Of a stretch of DNA of 64,000 nt, positions 18,599 through 28,329 are shown in pieces. Both the position numbers and the translations under genes were made by a program. Under the pieces are notes generated by a model, which did no database searches, was not told the DNA's origin, and saw only the letters and a list, made by a program, of their open reading frames with translations. The DNA is from Bdellovibrionota bacterium (GTDB taxonomy: Bacteria > Bdellovibrionota_G > JALEGL01 > DATDPG01): assembly GCA_035292885.1 (NCBI GenBank), contig DATDPG010000187.1:857-64856 (forward strand). The letters run 5' to 3'. Each line of letters begins with the position of its first letter. Within the stretch, counting starts at the first letter, position 1.

Positions 18599-19182
18599 CA
18601 CAGCGAATGTTGTGCCAGTTTCACAACGCCACTCTCCCCATTTTGGGATTGACGCGCAGGCTCCTTGGGCCACCACATTTCCCGGAAAGGCACGGCCATC
18701 ATGTAACCCAGGGCAAACGTCAGTACGATCATGTTTCCGATCTGAACGTACGAAAGGCCGGGATGAACAAAACGGACGAGCCAGGGCGCGGCAATCCCCA
18801 GGAGATAAGACGCGAACGCCGATACGATCACGATGCTTTTCGAGCGGTCTTTGAGACGCGTAAGCGTGAAAAGATGCGCCAAGATAAACAGCAAGATTCC
18901 CTGAATGAACAGGTGAGGATGACTGACGTCCCCTAATTCCTCTTTGGTTTTCGGAAAAAGCATCTTCGGCGAGGCCGGCCTTTCCACGTTCTCATTCCCG
19001 CGCACATATTCCGCCGCCACGCTGGGTTGGAAACTCGTTTTCGCATGAAACATTACAACGCTGAGGGCGATGGCGGCCGCCATCGCCAGATAAAAACAGG
19101 AGATCAAGAGCCGCGAACTCGCCGGAAGATACGAATAGTAAAAGTCGCGACGGGGATATTTCTGAGCGTAGATCGAACTCAT
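18598..19182 (-). CDS. His-rich 4-TM membrane protein (possible heme-b / DUF4405-like electron-transfer subunit)
   Basis: Four predicted helices with His residues at the helix boundaries ('MFHAK', 'SHPHLF', 'ILAHLF', 'FVHPG'). It sits between the FMN-binding gene and apbE. Confidence 0.55.
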   Translation of the reverse strand: MSSIYAQKYPRRDFYYSYLPASSRLLISCFYLAMAAAIALSVVMFHAKTSFQPSVAAEYVRGNENVERPASPKMLFPKTKEELGDVSHPHLFIQGILLFILAHLFTLTRLKDRSKSIVIVSAFASYLLGIAAPWLVRFVHPGLSYVQIGNMIVLTFALGYMMAVPFREMWWPKEPARQSQNGESGVVKLAQHSL

Positions 19183-19784
19183 GGATGGATTACCCTCACC
19201 GGTCCGTAGAACTCACGGGTGAATATCAGCGCGCGCCGTGTCGCCACCGCGACGGAATCCGAGGAGATCGTCGCGCCCGAAATGTGAATGATGTCCCGAT
19301 GAATCCGAATCGGATCGTTCGGCGACTTTCCCTCGAACTGGCGCAAGAACCGCTTACGGCTGACTTCGCCGCCGCGCGATTCGCGATAGACCATTACCGC
19401 TATTTCTTTCACGGCCAACTCCGGCGTGATCGCGACCAAGATCGTGATCGGCCGGTACTTCCCTTTTTCGTTCATCACGAGTCCGTACCCGAACAGGGAG
19501 CCATTCTTGTCGACGGCCCGATGAAAAACCAGCGTCTGCTCTTCAAACGGGTGACCGATCTTCTGTTCTACGTTCCGTCGAATTTCCGGTGAAATCTCTT
19601 TCGTGTCGTTTTCGAACCGGGCGGCTTCGGGAAAGGTCTCCTTCAATGCTTGGTCCTCGGTAAGAAGAATCTGTTCCTTTCCGATCTCTTCCTCCGTCGG
19701 TGTCGGCTCCGCCTCGGCGCCGATCACTCGCGGCGCAAGAAACACCTGGGTCAGCGCAAGAAACAAGATCCACTGTCCCATCAA
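19179..19784 (-). CDS. secreted FMN-binding domain protein (NqrC/RnfG/NosR-type) with a flavinylation motif
   Basis: Signal peptide 'MMGQWILFLALTQVFLAPRVIGAEA'. 'DIIHISGATISS' fits the Dxx(s/t)GA(T/S) site flavinylated by ApbE. Confidence 0.75.
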   Translation of the reverse strand: MMGQWILFLALTQVFLAPRVIGAEAEPTPTEEEIGKEQILLTEDQALKETFPEAARFENDTKEISPEIRRNVEQKIGHPFEEQTLVFHRAVDKNGSLFGYGLVMNEKGKYRPITILVAITPELAVKEIAVMVYRESRGGEVSRKRFLRQFEGKSPNDPIRIHRDIIHISGATISSDSVAVATRRALIFTREFYGPVRVIHP

Positions 19785-20974
19785 AAATACGTCGCGAACG
19801 AAAAAGCCAATTGACTCCCTTCGTCCAGCCCCGTCCCGTTCTCGTTCGCCGCGACACCGAAAAGCGCGTAATCGATCTTGAAGACGGTCTCGTCGATCGG
19901 CCGGAAATTGAGGCCGACGGTGAAACGATCGGTGTAGGTGTCCGCGGGCTGGGAACGCTCCGTCGCCAAGTCATATCGAACGACACCCGTGAAATGACTG
20001 TCGGGCACCGCCGAGAAAAGCCCGTGCAAGAATTTGTATTGAAGCTGGCCGTACAGACCCTGTTGGTTCACTCCCTTTTCGACCCACGCTTTGGCGTATT
20101 CCCCCAAAAGTTCGAACGCTCCGCGCGAATACGTCACGTCGACCGCCCCAATCGTCAGCCAGTCCTCCCCATTGTCGCTGTATGCGCCGGTATGGACGGA
20201 ACCGCCGACCTCCAAACCGAGAAAAGGGCTGTAGGCGACACGCGACACCATGCTCTTGTCCCGGTTGTTGTCCGAACCGGCTCCGCCGCGGCCTTCCCGA
20301 AGATCCGTTCCGGCGGCGTTCACCGTATCGCCGTCAAAGCCGTTGACGACATAAATCTCGTAGCTCATGGCCGCTTCTTCCGTCGGATAGAAACTCCCGA
20401 AAAAACCGACCCCCGCCTCGGACAATGTCGTCGGAATGACATATCGATCGACCAACGGCCGATCGGTCAATTCATTGATCGGACCGTCGTGAACCAGGTT
20501 GAACCGGCCGAGAGGGTCGAGAATCAAACCGCCACGGAAATTCAGCCAATCCGTCATTCGAAAATCGAGCGTGACAAATTCGACCTTGATTTCCCCGTCC
20601 GTCTCTTCCGTCGGGTCTCCCGCGACGAAGCCGCCATGTTCGAATTCAATTTCGGCGGAAAGATGCAACCGGGGGTGGATCTCCCCGAAAATGAACGGCA
20701 CAAAACGAGTCTGATCGAAAAACGTCTTGTCCGAACCGGTGTCAAACGTATTGAAAAACTGCGTGTCGAAATAACCGCCGAGAAAAGAACCCTTTCCGAA
20801 CTTCACGACAAAGGGTTTGGAATAAAGCCCCCCGGTGGTCGTCGAAGGGGTGGATGCCTTGATCGGGGACGGTGTGGGTGTCACTTGGGGCTCCACCTCT
20901 TGCGCCCAAGTTTTGCCGCAAATCACAACGATCGCAGAAGCCGCCAACGAACCGATTGAATTACGCCGTCGCAT
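19781..20974 (-). CDS. outer-membrane beta-barrel protein (porin-like)
   Basis: Signal peptide 'MRRRNSIGSLAASAIVVICGKTWAQE'. Alternating amphipathic strands and C-terminal 'FATYF' ending in Phe. The start overlaps the fur stop by 14 nt. Confidence 0.65.
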   Translation of the reverse strand: MRRRNSIGSLAASAIVVICGKTWAQEVEPQVTPTPSPIKASTPSTTTGGLYSKPFVVKFGKGSFLGGYFDTQFFNTFDTGSDKTFFDQTRFVPFIFGEIHPRLHLSAEIEFEHGGFVAGDPTEETDGEIKVEFVTLDFRMTDWLNFRGGLILDPLGRFNLVHDGPINELTDRPLVDRYVIPTTLSEAGVGFFGSFYPTEEAAMSYEIYVVNGFDGDTVNAAGTDLREGRGGAGSDNNRDKSMVSRVAYSPFLGLEVGGSVHTGAYSDNGEDWLTIGAVDVTYSRGAFELLGEYAKAWVEKGVNQQGLYGQLQYKFLHGLFSAVPDSHFTGVVRYDLATERSQPADTYTDRFTVGLNFRPIDETVFKIDYALFGVAANENGTGLDEGSQLAFSFATYF

Positions 20975-21422
20975 GCCTTTCCTCTCCTTTTTTGGTTTTG
21001 GCCCCGCAACTTTGACAGAGGCCGTACAGCTCCATTTTGTGGGACCGAAGTTCGTAGCCGTACTGTTCGGCCACCTCATCCTGAAGCTTTTCGATTTCGG
21101 GCCTCTGGAACTCCACAATCTTGCCGCAGGAAGTGCAAATCAAATGATCGTGGTGCTCTTTGGGAATTTTTTCGTACGTCGTCGCCCCGGTTTCGAAGTT
21201 ACGCCGCGCCGCCAAATTGGCCGCCACCAAGAGATTGAGTGTGCGGTAGACAGTGGCAATACCGATCTTGGGATTGACGCGCTGGACGGCCCCGTACAGC
21301 TCCTCGATGCCCACATGCTTCGACATTGAAAAGAACACGCGCGCCACCTGCTCCCGCCTTTTCGAGTGCCGGAGCCCTTGAACCGAGAGGTACCTTTCAA
21401 AATCATCCATCCAGCGCCGCAT
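20961..21422 (-). CDS. fur: Fur-family metalloregulator (Fur/Zur/PerR)
   Basis: 'HHDHLICTSCGKI...GLCQSCG' gives the HHDH motif and two CxxC pairs. N-terminal winged helix. The subfamily cannot be assigned from sequence alone. Confidence 0.85.
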   Translation of the reverse strand: MRRWMDDFERYLSVQGLRHSKRREQVARVFFSMSKHVGIEELYGAVQRVNPKIGIATVYRTLNLLVAANLAARRNFETGATTYEKIPKEHHDHLICTSCGKIVEFQRPEIEKLQDEVAEQYGYELRSHKMELYGLCQSCGAKTKKGEERHATA

Positions 21423-21440
21423 TTTGGATCACCGTCCTTT

Positions 21441-21482
21441 ATTGATACGGCTTATCAATATCAACTGCAATGCGGCCGTCAA
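21441..21482 (-). promoter_or_regulatory. putative promoter with a Fur-box-like inverted repeat (autoregulatory operator)
   Basis: Inverted repeat 'ATTGATAcggctTATCAAT' (21441-21459). On the minus strand, TTGACG-N16-TATTGA overlaps it directly upstream of fur. Confidence 0.35.
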
Positions 21483-21530
21483 GTGCGATGAAAATGAATG
21501 GCTCTGTGTCTTTGGGGTACCCGCGAGGGT

Positions 21531-22064
21531 CTATAGGGGTGGCGCGGAAAACTCGGGACGTGCAATACGAATCAGGTCCCGAAGTTCTTCGGCGCACCGC
21601 TCGGCGTCGGCGTGAAGCTCACGCGCTTGAAGTTCCTTCATCAGTTCGCTAAGCGCATAAATTCGATCGCCCGCGAGCGTGCTCTGAAAAGCGATTTTTC
21701 GCATGATTCGGAATCGTTCTTGTTCGGCGTCGAAGCGCTCGCGGCGCATACCGAGGGTTCGGTAAACCGAAATCAGAAGCGTCGAGCACCAGACGGCCGC
21801 CGGACTCATCGGATACTGTGCGACGGCGAGTCTCGCCCAATACAGCGTGCCCCGGAGATCGCCCCCCCAAAACGAGCTCGAGGCTAAACCCGCCTGGGCC
21901 AGCGGGCGCAATGCCGGTATGCCCCGTTCCGCCAAACGTTCGAGGCAGCGTCTTCCGCGGGTTCGGGTTTTTTCGCGTTCGCAAAGCAACAGAGCCCGCC
22001 GAAGATCGGCAAGATCTTCGGGGTCGATATTGCAGGGTCCGAGCAGCTGCAGGAACTTCTCCAT
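21531..22064 (-). CDS. hypothetical all-helical protein
   Basis: 177-aa ORF with coding-like composition. No recognisable motif. Confidence 0.4.
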   Translation of the reverse strand: MEKFLQLLGPCNIDPEDLADLRRALLLCEREKTRTRGRRCLERLAERGIPALRPLAQAGLASSSFWGGDLRGTLYWARLAVAQYPMSPAAVWCSTLLISVYRTLGMRRERFDAEQERFRIMRKIAFQSTLAGDRIYALSELMKELQARELHADAERCAEELRDLIRIARPEFSAPPL

Positions 22065-22156
22065 TAAAGGGGATTATATCGCGAACGCACCACAAGTTGA
22101 TAGTTGACAAAGTGAAAAACCCTTGTCCTATCAAGGAATTGGCATGCCCCACCCCG

Positions 22157-24598
22157 CTATGGAGTCGGCCTGCGGCAGGGTCGGACGGAGGTCATCTCGG
22201 CGCGTCCATTCCCGATCCGGGTGATGATTTCACCGCACTCGTCGCCTCGCCATACGCGCGCGCCGTACTTCATCAGACGCTCCACGACTTCCGGCGATGG
22301 ATGATGAAATCGATTCCCGAACCCCGCCGTAATGATTGCGTTGGAGGGATGCACCACGGCCAAAAAACCATCGGTCGAAGAGGTTCGGCTCCCATGATGC
22401 GGCACCTTAAGGAAATCGGCGTGCGACAGAACCTTGCGCCGAAGCAGATCCCTCTCGCCGTCGGCTTCCAAATCCGCCGCCATGAGCGCCCGGTACCCGT
22501 CGATATCCACGGTAACGATGAGCGAACGGTTGTTTTCGCTCTTCAAATGATCTGCCCGCTTCGGCGGATGAATCGGCGTGACCCGGACATCATCCAACGT
22601 AACGGCGGCGGTGTCGGCGCCCACCGTTTCCCAAGGAACGTTCCGCTTCAAGGCCACCGATCGCGACTCCAGGACCACCGGCGTCTCGGCGAAGCCGGCA
22701 AACCAGATTTTTCTCACGTCCGCTTGTTCGATGACGGATTTTGCGCCGCCGATGTGGTCGCTGTCGGCGTGAGTTAGAACCAAGAGGCTAATCGTTCGAA
22801 CGTTGTGTTTCCGGAACCACGGAACCAGGATGCGATCCCCGGCGTCGAAGTCTTGCCCTCCCCCCGGCCCGGCGTCGACCAGAACTGTTTTTCCCGTACG
22901 CGAACGGATCAACGTGGCGTCGCCCTGCCCCACGTGGAAGACATGAATTTCGTCGACTCCTTTGTGCCGAAGCCATCCGTCGACGACCGGCGAATAAAGC
23001 GAAAGAAGAACGCCGGTCAGAGCCATCGCCGTATTCAGGAAAGCCGACTGAATCCTTTGTCCTTTCCACGCGAGAACAAGAATGAAAAGAACCGCATAAC
23101 CTAAACAAGAAACTTCGGAGAAATAAGGAACCCAAAGATCGGACGCGGGCCAAGAGCCGATTCGTTCGACCCAAGGGATCCACAGATCCAGCCAGACGCC
23201 GAGAACGCACATCAAAAAATCTCCTAGCGGGCGGAACGGACCGCAGACAAACATGGCCAAAAATCCGAGCGGCGTCGCGATTCCTCCAAGCGTGGGAACG
23301 AAAATCAGATTCCCAAGCGGCGACCAGAGCGTGATCTGTGCGAAATGATAAAGCACGACGGGAAGAGTGGCGAAGATAGCTCCGAGCGTCGCAATTCCGA
23401 GCGAACGACACCCAAGTAAGATTCGATGGAGCGGGTCCGGTTTTTTCTTTGGCGGAGCCGGGAATAGCGCAACGCCCAACAGAATGCCGAGAACGGCCAA
23501 AAACGAAAGCTGCGCCGAGACATCGAACAGATAAAGGGGGGAGACCAAGAGAACGCCGAACGCCGCAGCCAACCATATCGCGAAAGGATCGCGCGAACGC
23601 CCGAACAAAAGGAGCAGGCCGCCCAGAAGAACGGCTGCAAGGGAACGCACCGTCGGAACGGGGAGATCGGTCAAAAGACAAAAGACCACGGCTCCGATGG
23701 CGCCCCCCATCGCTCGCGGAAACCAAATCGGCACTCGCGAAACGAGGAACACCGAACGGCTCCAAAGAAACCCCGCCAAGAGCGACCCGACCGCCGCCAT
23801 CAACGCCACTTGAAATCCGGAGACCACCAAGATGTGGAGAATTCCCGCTCCTCGGAAGGCCCGTTCGAGACCCTTTGAGATATCTCCTCGATCGCCGAGA
23901 ACCAAACTCTTGAAGAGCGCCGCATTGGAGTGGCTTAAAAAGAAATCGGCTCGCTCACTCGCCTGCCAACGAAGCCAATTCAGCATTTTCCAAAGCGGCG
24001 GCATCGATGTCGCCATCGGTACCCATCGCTGATCATCCGCAATCGCGCCGACGGCCCCGATCGACCGAGTCCGCGCGTATCGCTCGAAATCAAATTCCCG
24101 GTCGTTTCCGAAATTTCGAGGCGTCCGCAACCTCGCCCGGAAACGAAAGGACTCTCCCCGTTCGGGAGTTTCAAAGCCTCGCATCGAAAGGAGCGCGTGA
24201 ATTTCCAACGGCTCCCAATTTCCATCGTTCTGCCATGAGTGAACCAAAGCGCGAAAGCGGTATCCGGCCTCGGAACGCTCCGGATAACTTTCCACGGTCG
24301 CGTCGTAGATTTGGGCCTCGGTGGCTTGGGGAGGCGCGGAAGAACCCGGTGCGTATCGAACGACATTTTGGTTATGAGCGCGCTCGGCGCCGATCAACAT
24401 CGCCACAAATACAAGGAGAAAGGTTGTAACGAGACTCCTCTTTAAGAACCACGCACCTATCCCGAGCAGTAACAAAACAAACACCGCAATCAGGATCCAC
24501 GTTCCGCCGATTCGATCGCTCAGCACAATGCCGAACGCATACGACACGCAATACGGAAGAATCGGCAGGCGGGAAAGAAAATCATTCTTCGGAGGCAT
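22157..24598 (-). CDS. comEC: DNA internalization-related competence protein ComEC/Rec2
   Basis: Polytopic N-terminal domain plus a C-terminal metallo-beta-lactamase motif 'LVLTHADSDHIGGA'. Confidence 0.85.
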   Translation of the reverse strand: MPPKNDFLSRLPILPYCVSYAFGIVLSDRIGGTWILIAVFVLLLLGIGAWFLKRSLVTTFLLVFVAMLIGAERAHNQNVVRYAPGSSAPPQATEAQIYDATVESYPERSEAGYRFRALVHSWQNDGNWEPLEIHALLSMRGFETPERGESFRFRARLRTPRNFGNDREFDFERYARTRSIGAVGAIADDQRWVPMATSMPPLWKMLNWLRWQASERADFFLSHSNAALFKSLVLGDRGDISKGLERAFRGAGILHILVVSGFQVALMAAVGSLLAGFLWSRSVFLVSRVPIWFPRAMGGAIGAVVFCLLTDLPVPTVRSLAAVLLGGLLLLFGRSRDPFAIWLAAAFGVLLVSPLYLFDVSAQLSFLAVLGILLGVALFPAPPKKKPDPLHRILLGCRSLGIATLGAIFATLPVVLYHFAQITLWSPLGNLIFVPTLGGIATPLGFLAMFVCGPFRPLGDFLMCVLGVWLDLWIPWVERIGSWPASDLWVPYFSEVSCLGYAVLFILVLAWKGQRIQSAFLNTAMALTGVLLSLYSPVVDGWLRHKGVDEIHVFHVGQGDATLIRSRTGKTVLVDAGPGGGQDFDAGDRILVPWFRKHNVRTISLLVLTHADSDHIGGAKSVIEQADVRKIWFAGFAETPVVLESRSVALKRNVPWETVGADTAAVTLDDVRVTPIHPPKRADHLKSENNRSLIVTVDIDGYRALMAADLEADGERDLLRRKVLSHADFLKVPHHGSRTSSTDGFLAVVHPSNAIITAGFGNRFHHPSPEVVERLMKYGARVWRGDECGEIITRIGNGRAEMTSVRPCRRPTP

Positions 24599-26438
24599 CT
24601 TCGACCCGATGGAAAAAATCGAACAGCATCCGGGCCGCGGGCGCCGTCATTCCCTTTACAGCGGAGATCTCTTCGATCGACGCGGCTTGAATACGTTCCA
24701 AGCTACCCAAGGATTTTAAGAGCGCTCTTTGCCGTTTCGGGCCTACACCGGGTATCCGGGAGAGAATCGACTGCAACGTGGCCTTGTTTCGCGCTTTTCG
24801 GTGATGCGTAATTCCGAACCGGTGGGCCTCGTCTCGAACCCGTTGGAGAAGATGAAGGAGTGGATCCGACGGCGCGAAGATGAGCGGATTTTTTTGGCCC
24901 GGGAGAAAAACTCGTTCGGGAGCGTATTTCCGACCGCTGCGGGAGCGCAGCTCCTTTTCCTTGGCGAGCGACGCGAGGCTCAAATCCGAAATTCCGAGGT
25001 CACGGGCGACTTCGACGATCTGGCGAAGCTGTCCTTTTCCACCGTCCACCAGAACTAAATCGGGGCGGTCGTCCTCCGACATCGTCCGGAAACGGCGTTC
25101 GAACATTTCGTGCAGCATCGCAAAATCGTTGGACCCCTTGACGGTCCGGATGCCGTAATGGCGATACTTCGTCTTGTCGGCCTCCCCGTCGATAAATGTC
25201 ACCCGTGAACCGACCGGCTGTGCCCCATGGAAATTGGAAATGTCGTAACCTTCGATCCGTTTCGGCAGTCGCGGCAAATGAAGTTTTCGCTGAAGATTCT
25301 CGAGAAGCTTTACATTCCGTTCGCTCCGTCGTTTCCGTTCGGCCAGAGAGGAAACGGCGTTTCGCTCCGAGAGGAGGAGCAGCCGGTGCGCCGTTCCCCG
25401 CTGAGGCTGGAGGATCTTCACCATTCTTCCGCACCGGTCGGCCAAAAGACTCTCAAAGATCGCGGCGTCCGATACGGAGTGTTGAACCAGAAGTTGCGGG
25501 GGAATTTCATGCCCCGGAAAATCGGATAAATAATATTGTTGAAGAAACGCCCGTGTAATTTCCGGAGCGGACGAAATCGGTTCGTTCACGAAAAACTCAT
25601 CCGCGGAAATCAGCCGCCCGCGCCGGATCTTCAAGATCTTCACGAGCGTGGCGTCCTCATCCCCGGCCAGACCAATCGCGTCGGCGTCCCGTTCGTCCTT
25701 CCGCGATTCCACTTTTTGCGGCTCCAACGTCCCTTCCACGGCCAACATCCGATCGCGAAGCTGCGCCGCCTCTTCGTAAAGCTGGTCGGTCGACGCGGCG
25801 GTCATTTCCGACTTCAAGCGTTCGATGAGGGTCAGCTTGTCGCCCGCTAAAAAGAGCTTCGCCTGTTGGATCTGCCCGGCGTATTGATCCTCGCGAACCC
25901 ATTTCACGCACGGGGCCGTGCACCGGCGGATCTGGTGCTGGAGACACGGACGGGTACGGCGGTCAAAAAACGAATCGGAACAGTCCCGAATCTGAAAAAG
26001 TTTCTGAATCAACTTCAGCGTCTGGCGAAGATCCGCGACGGACGAATAGGGCCCGAAGTACTCGCTTCCGTCGCGCACGATCTTTCGCGTGACGAACAAT
26101 CTTGGAAAGGCGTGCCTCGTCAGCCGGAGACTCGCGTACGACTTGTCGTCGCGAAGCAGGATGTTGTATCGCGGCCGATGCGTCTTGATGAGGCTGTTTT
26201 CAAGAAGGAGGGCCTCTTTCTCGTTGTCGGTCAGAAGCCATTCGACCGTTTCGACTTGCGGGACGAGGATTTGAACCGATGGGCGCTCATCGCGGCCCGG
26301 AACGACGTATGCTTTGAGCCGGTCCCGCAGACGTTTGGCTTTTCCCACATAGAGGACGTTTTCCTCGGCGCCCTTGAGAAGATAGACGCCCGGTGATTGG
26401 GGGGCCCGCTCGATCTGCTCTGCGGCGTTCCGGTGCAC
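24582..26438 (-). CDS. uvrC: excinuclease ABC subunit C
   Basis: GIY-YIG motif 'GVYLLKG...VLYVGKAKRLRDRL', UvrBC-interacting region and C-terminal HhH ('RIPGVGPKR'). Confidence 0.9.
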   Translation of the reverse strand: MHRNAAEQIERAPQSPGVYLLKGAEENVLYVGKAKRLRDRLKAYVVPGRDERPSVQILVPQVETVEWLLTDNEKEALLLENSLIKTHRPRYNILLRDDKSYASLRLTRHAFPRLFVTRKIVRDGSEYFGPYSSVADLRQTLKLIQKLFQIRDCSDSFFDRRTRPCLQHQIRRCTAPCVKWVREDQYAGQIQQAKLFLAGDKLTLIERLKSEMTAASTDQLYEEAAQLRDRMLAVEGTLEPQKVESRKDERDADAIGLAGDEDATLVKILKIRRGRLISADEFFVNEPISSAPEITRAFLQQYYLSDFPGHEIPPQLLVQHSVSDAAIFESLLADRCGRMVKILQPQRGTAHRLLLLSERNAVSSLAERKRRSERNVKLLENLQRKLHLPRLPKRIEGYDISNFHGAQPVGSRVTFIDGEADKTKYRHYGIRTVKGSNDFAMLHEMFERRFRTMSEDDRPDLVLVDGGKGQLRQIVEVARDLGISDLSLASLAKEKELRSRSGRKYAPERVFLPGQKNPLIFAPSDPLLHLLQRVRDEAHRFGITHHRKARNKATLQSILSRIPGVGPKRQRALLKSLGSLERIQAASIEEISAVKGMTAPAARMLFDFFHRVEDASEE

Positions 26439-26493
26439 CAGACGATGGGATCACCGGCTGGAGAAAAGACTGAACGACGGCGAACCGGCGGGG

Positions 26494-27510
26494 TCAATGC
26501 ACTCGACGGAGTGGCGTGCGCCTTGGGCTTTCAAACGGAACCGTCTCCGGGGACTCGGTCGGCTCTTGAACTTCTCTTACGCGGGGAAGCCTCGGCGGAA
26601 CGTAAAACTGCACATGGCGCCCTTTCCGCTTCTTGGCCTTGTACATCGCCATATCGGCCTTCGATATCAAATCATCGAGTCGTCGGCCGTCGCCGGGGCA
26701 GATCGAAATCCCGATGCTGATGTCGACGACCATTCTGCGCCCGCAGAACAGCACGGCATGCCGCACGGCGCGAAGCATCTCGCGAGCGACGCGTCCGGCA
26801 TCGGATCTGTTTTCAATATTGCACAACATCGCGATAAATTCGTCGCCACCTACCCGTCCGACCACATCGCTGTGACGTACGGCTTCTTTCAGGCGCTCCG
26901 CAACCGACTGAAGAACATGGTCCCCGGCGGCATGCCCCCACTGATCGTTGATCTGCTTGAAACCGTCGAGATCGATGAATAGAACGGCCAATTTGGATCC
27001 CGAGCGCCCGGCGTTGGCCACCGCCTTTTCCAGATATTCCCCGAAGAGGTAGCGGTTCGGAAGATTGGTCAATTTGTCATGCGTCGCGAGGTAGTGCTCT
27101 TGCTCGCGCAGAAAATCAACTTCCAGGAGAAGGCGATTCCGCGCTATCGCGTAACGGATGGAGCGCGAAAGGTGCTCCGTATCCACTTCCTGTTTGAGCA
27201 GGTAATCTTGCGCTCCTTGCTTCACGGCCTCCATAGCGACCGATTCATCTTCGAGGGTTGTAACGATGATGACCGGCATGTGAGGGGCTTCTCTCTTGAC
27301 ACGCAGGAAGGTGTCCAGTCCTTCGTTGTCGGAGATCATGAGGTCTAGGATGATGAGATCGATCGAACGCTCCTGAAGGAGCTTGAGACCCTCGGCCAGC
27401 GAAGAAGCCCCGTAAAGGAGAAATTGATCGCTTAAGTGAAGAAAGTCGCACGCGGCCTTCCCCTTCCCGCAGCATGGCTCGATGGCTAGGATTGCCGGTC
27501 TTTCTTCCAC
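26494..27510 (-). CDS. response-regulator receiver + GGDEF diguanylate cyclase
   Basis: Receiver domain with 'IDLIILDLMISD'. GGDEF domain with 'RVGGDEFIAM'. Confidence 0.85.
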   Translation of the reverse strand: MEERPAILAIEPCCGKGKAACDFLHLSDQFLLYGASSLAEGLKLLQERSIDLIILDLMISDNEGLDTFLRVKREAPHMPVIIVTTLEDESVAMEAVKQGAQDYLLKQEVDTEHLSRSIRYAIARNRLLLEVDFLREQEHYLATHDKLTNLPNRYLFGEYLEKAVANAGRSGSKLAVLFIDLDGFKQINDQWGHAAGDHVLQSVAERLKEAVRHSDVVGRVGGDEFIAMLCNIENRSDAGRVAREMLRAVRHAVLFCGRRMVVDISIGISICPGDGRRLDDLISKADMAMYKAKKRKGRHVQFYVPPRLPRVREVQEPTESPETVPFESPRRTPLRRVH

Positions 27511-27654
27511 GCGCCCTCTCTGGTTCTTATGGTTGACGTGAGTTTCTCATATGCCAAGCCGGAAATCCTGATGGGGATCAGGGAAATTTAACTTTCGTTG
27601 ATAAATCGAAACGCCTGACCTAGAGTTTCCGCTTAAATTTTCCGGAGGATTCCT

Positions 27655-28329
27655 ATGCACCCCTTGGACAAAGTCATCTCGAAGCGACATCTCCTGAAAC
27701 ACCCCTTCTACCAAAGATGGGTGGACGGGCGACTGACGATGAATGAACTTCGCGCATATGCAGCGAACTATTATCCGCACGTCTTGGCGTTCCCCACGTA
27801 CGTGTCCGCCGTTCATTCGCGATGCGAGGACATCAAACAACGACAGGCGCTGCTCGAGAATTTGATCGAGGAAGAACGGGGGGAGGAAAATCATCCGGAA
27901 CTTTGGCTTCGATTCGCCGAGGCTGTGGGCGCAACGCGCGAAGAAGTGAACCGGACCTCGCCGATCGCTGAATCCCATGAATTGGTCGAAACGTTCAGAC
28001 GGCTGACACGCGAGAGCTTCGCATCCGGCCTGGGTGCGCTTTACGCCTACGAATCGCAGGTCCCGGACATCGCCCAACAGAAAATCTCAGGTCTGGAGAA
28101 ATTCTACGGCGTCGAAAACGCCCGCGGACTCAAGTTTTTCGCCGTCCATCAAGAAGCGGATCAATGGCATTCCGCGACCGCTCGCGAAGCGATCGATCGA
28201 TTGTCCGACGTGGAAAAAGAGCAAGCCTTGGAGGCCGCAAGAACGGCTTCGGAGGCGCTCTGGAACTTTCTGAGCGGCCTCGACCGGGCGAACGGTGTCG
28301 ACTCCCGCGGCTGCGCATCCGCGGCATGA
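27655..28329 (+). CDS. CADD/PqqC/TenA-superfamily di-iron (heme-oxygenase-like fold) protein
   Basis: Spacing 'E...H' ... 'E' ... 'HQEADQWH' (H-x3-D-x2-H) matches the CADD di-iron ligand set. Confidence 0.6.
   Translation: MHPLDKVISKRHLLKHPFYQRWVDGRLTMNELRAYAANYYPHVLAFPTYVSAVHSRCEDIKQRQALLENLIEEERGEENHPELWLRFAEAVGATREEVNRTSPIAESHELVETFRRLTRESFASGLGALYAYESQVPDIAQQKISGLEKFYGVENARGLKFFAVHQEADQWHSATAREAIDRLSDVEKEQALEAARTASEALWNFLSGLDRANGVDSRGCASAA

Noticed and set aside
19700-20959. 419-aa plus-strand ORF
   Set aside because: It is antisense to the beta-barrel gene. Arg-rich, no motifs. The minus-strand gene has a signal peptide and a terminal Phe.
22788-23765. 325-aa minus-strand ORF inside comEC
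   Set aside because: It is an alternative frame of comEC. Arg/Ser-rich. comEC has coherent transmembrane topology and the metallo-beta-lactamase motif.
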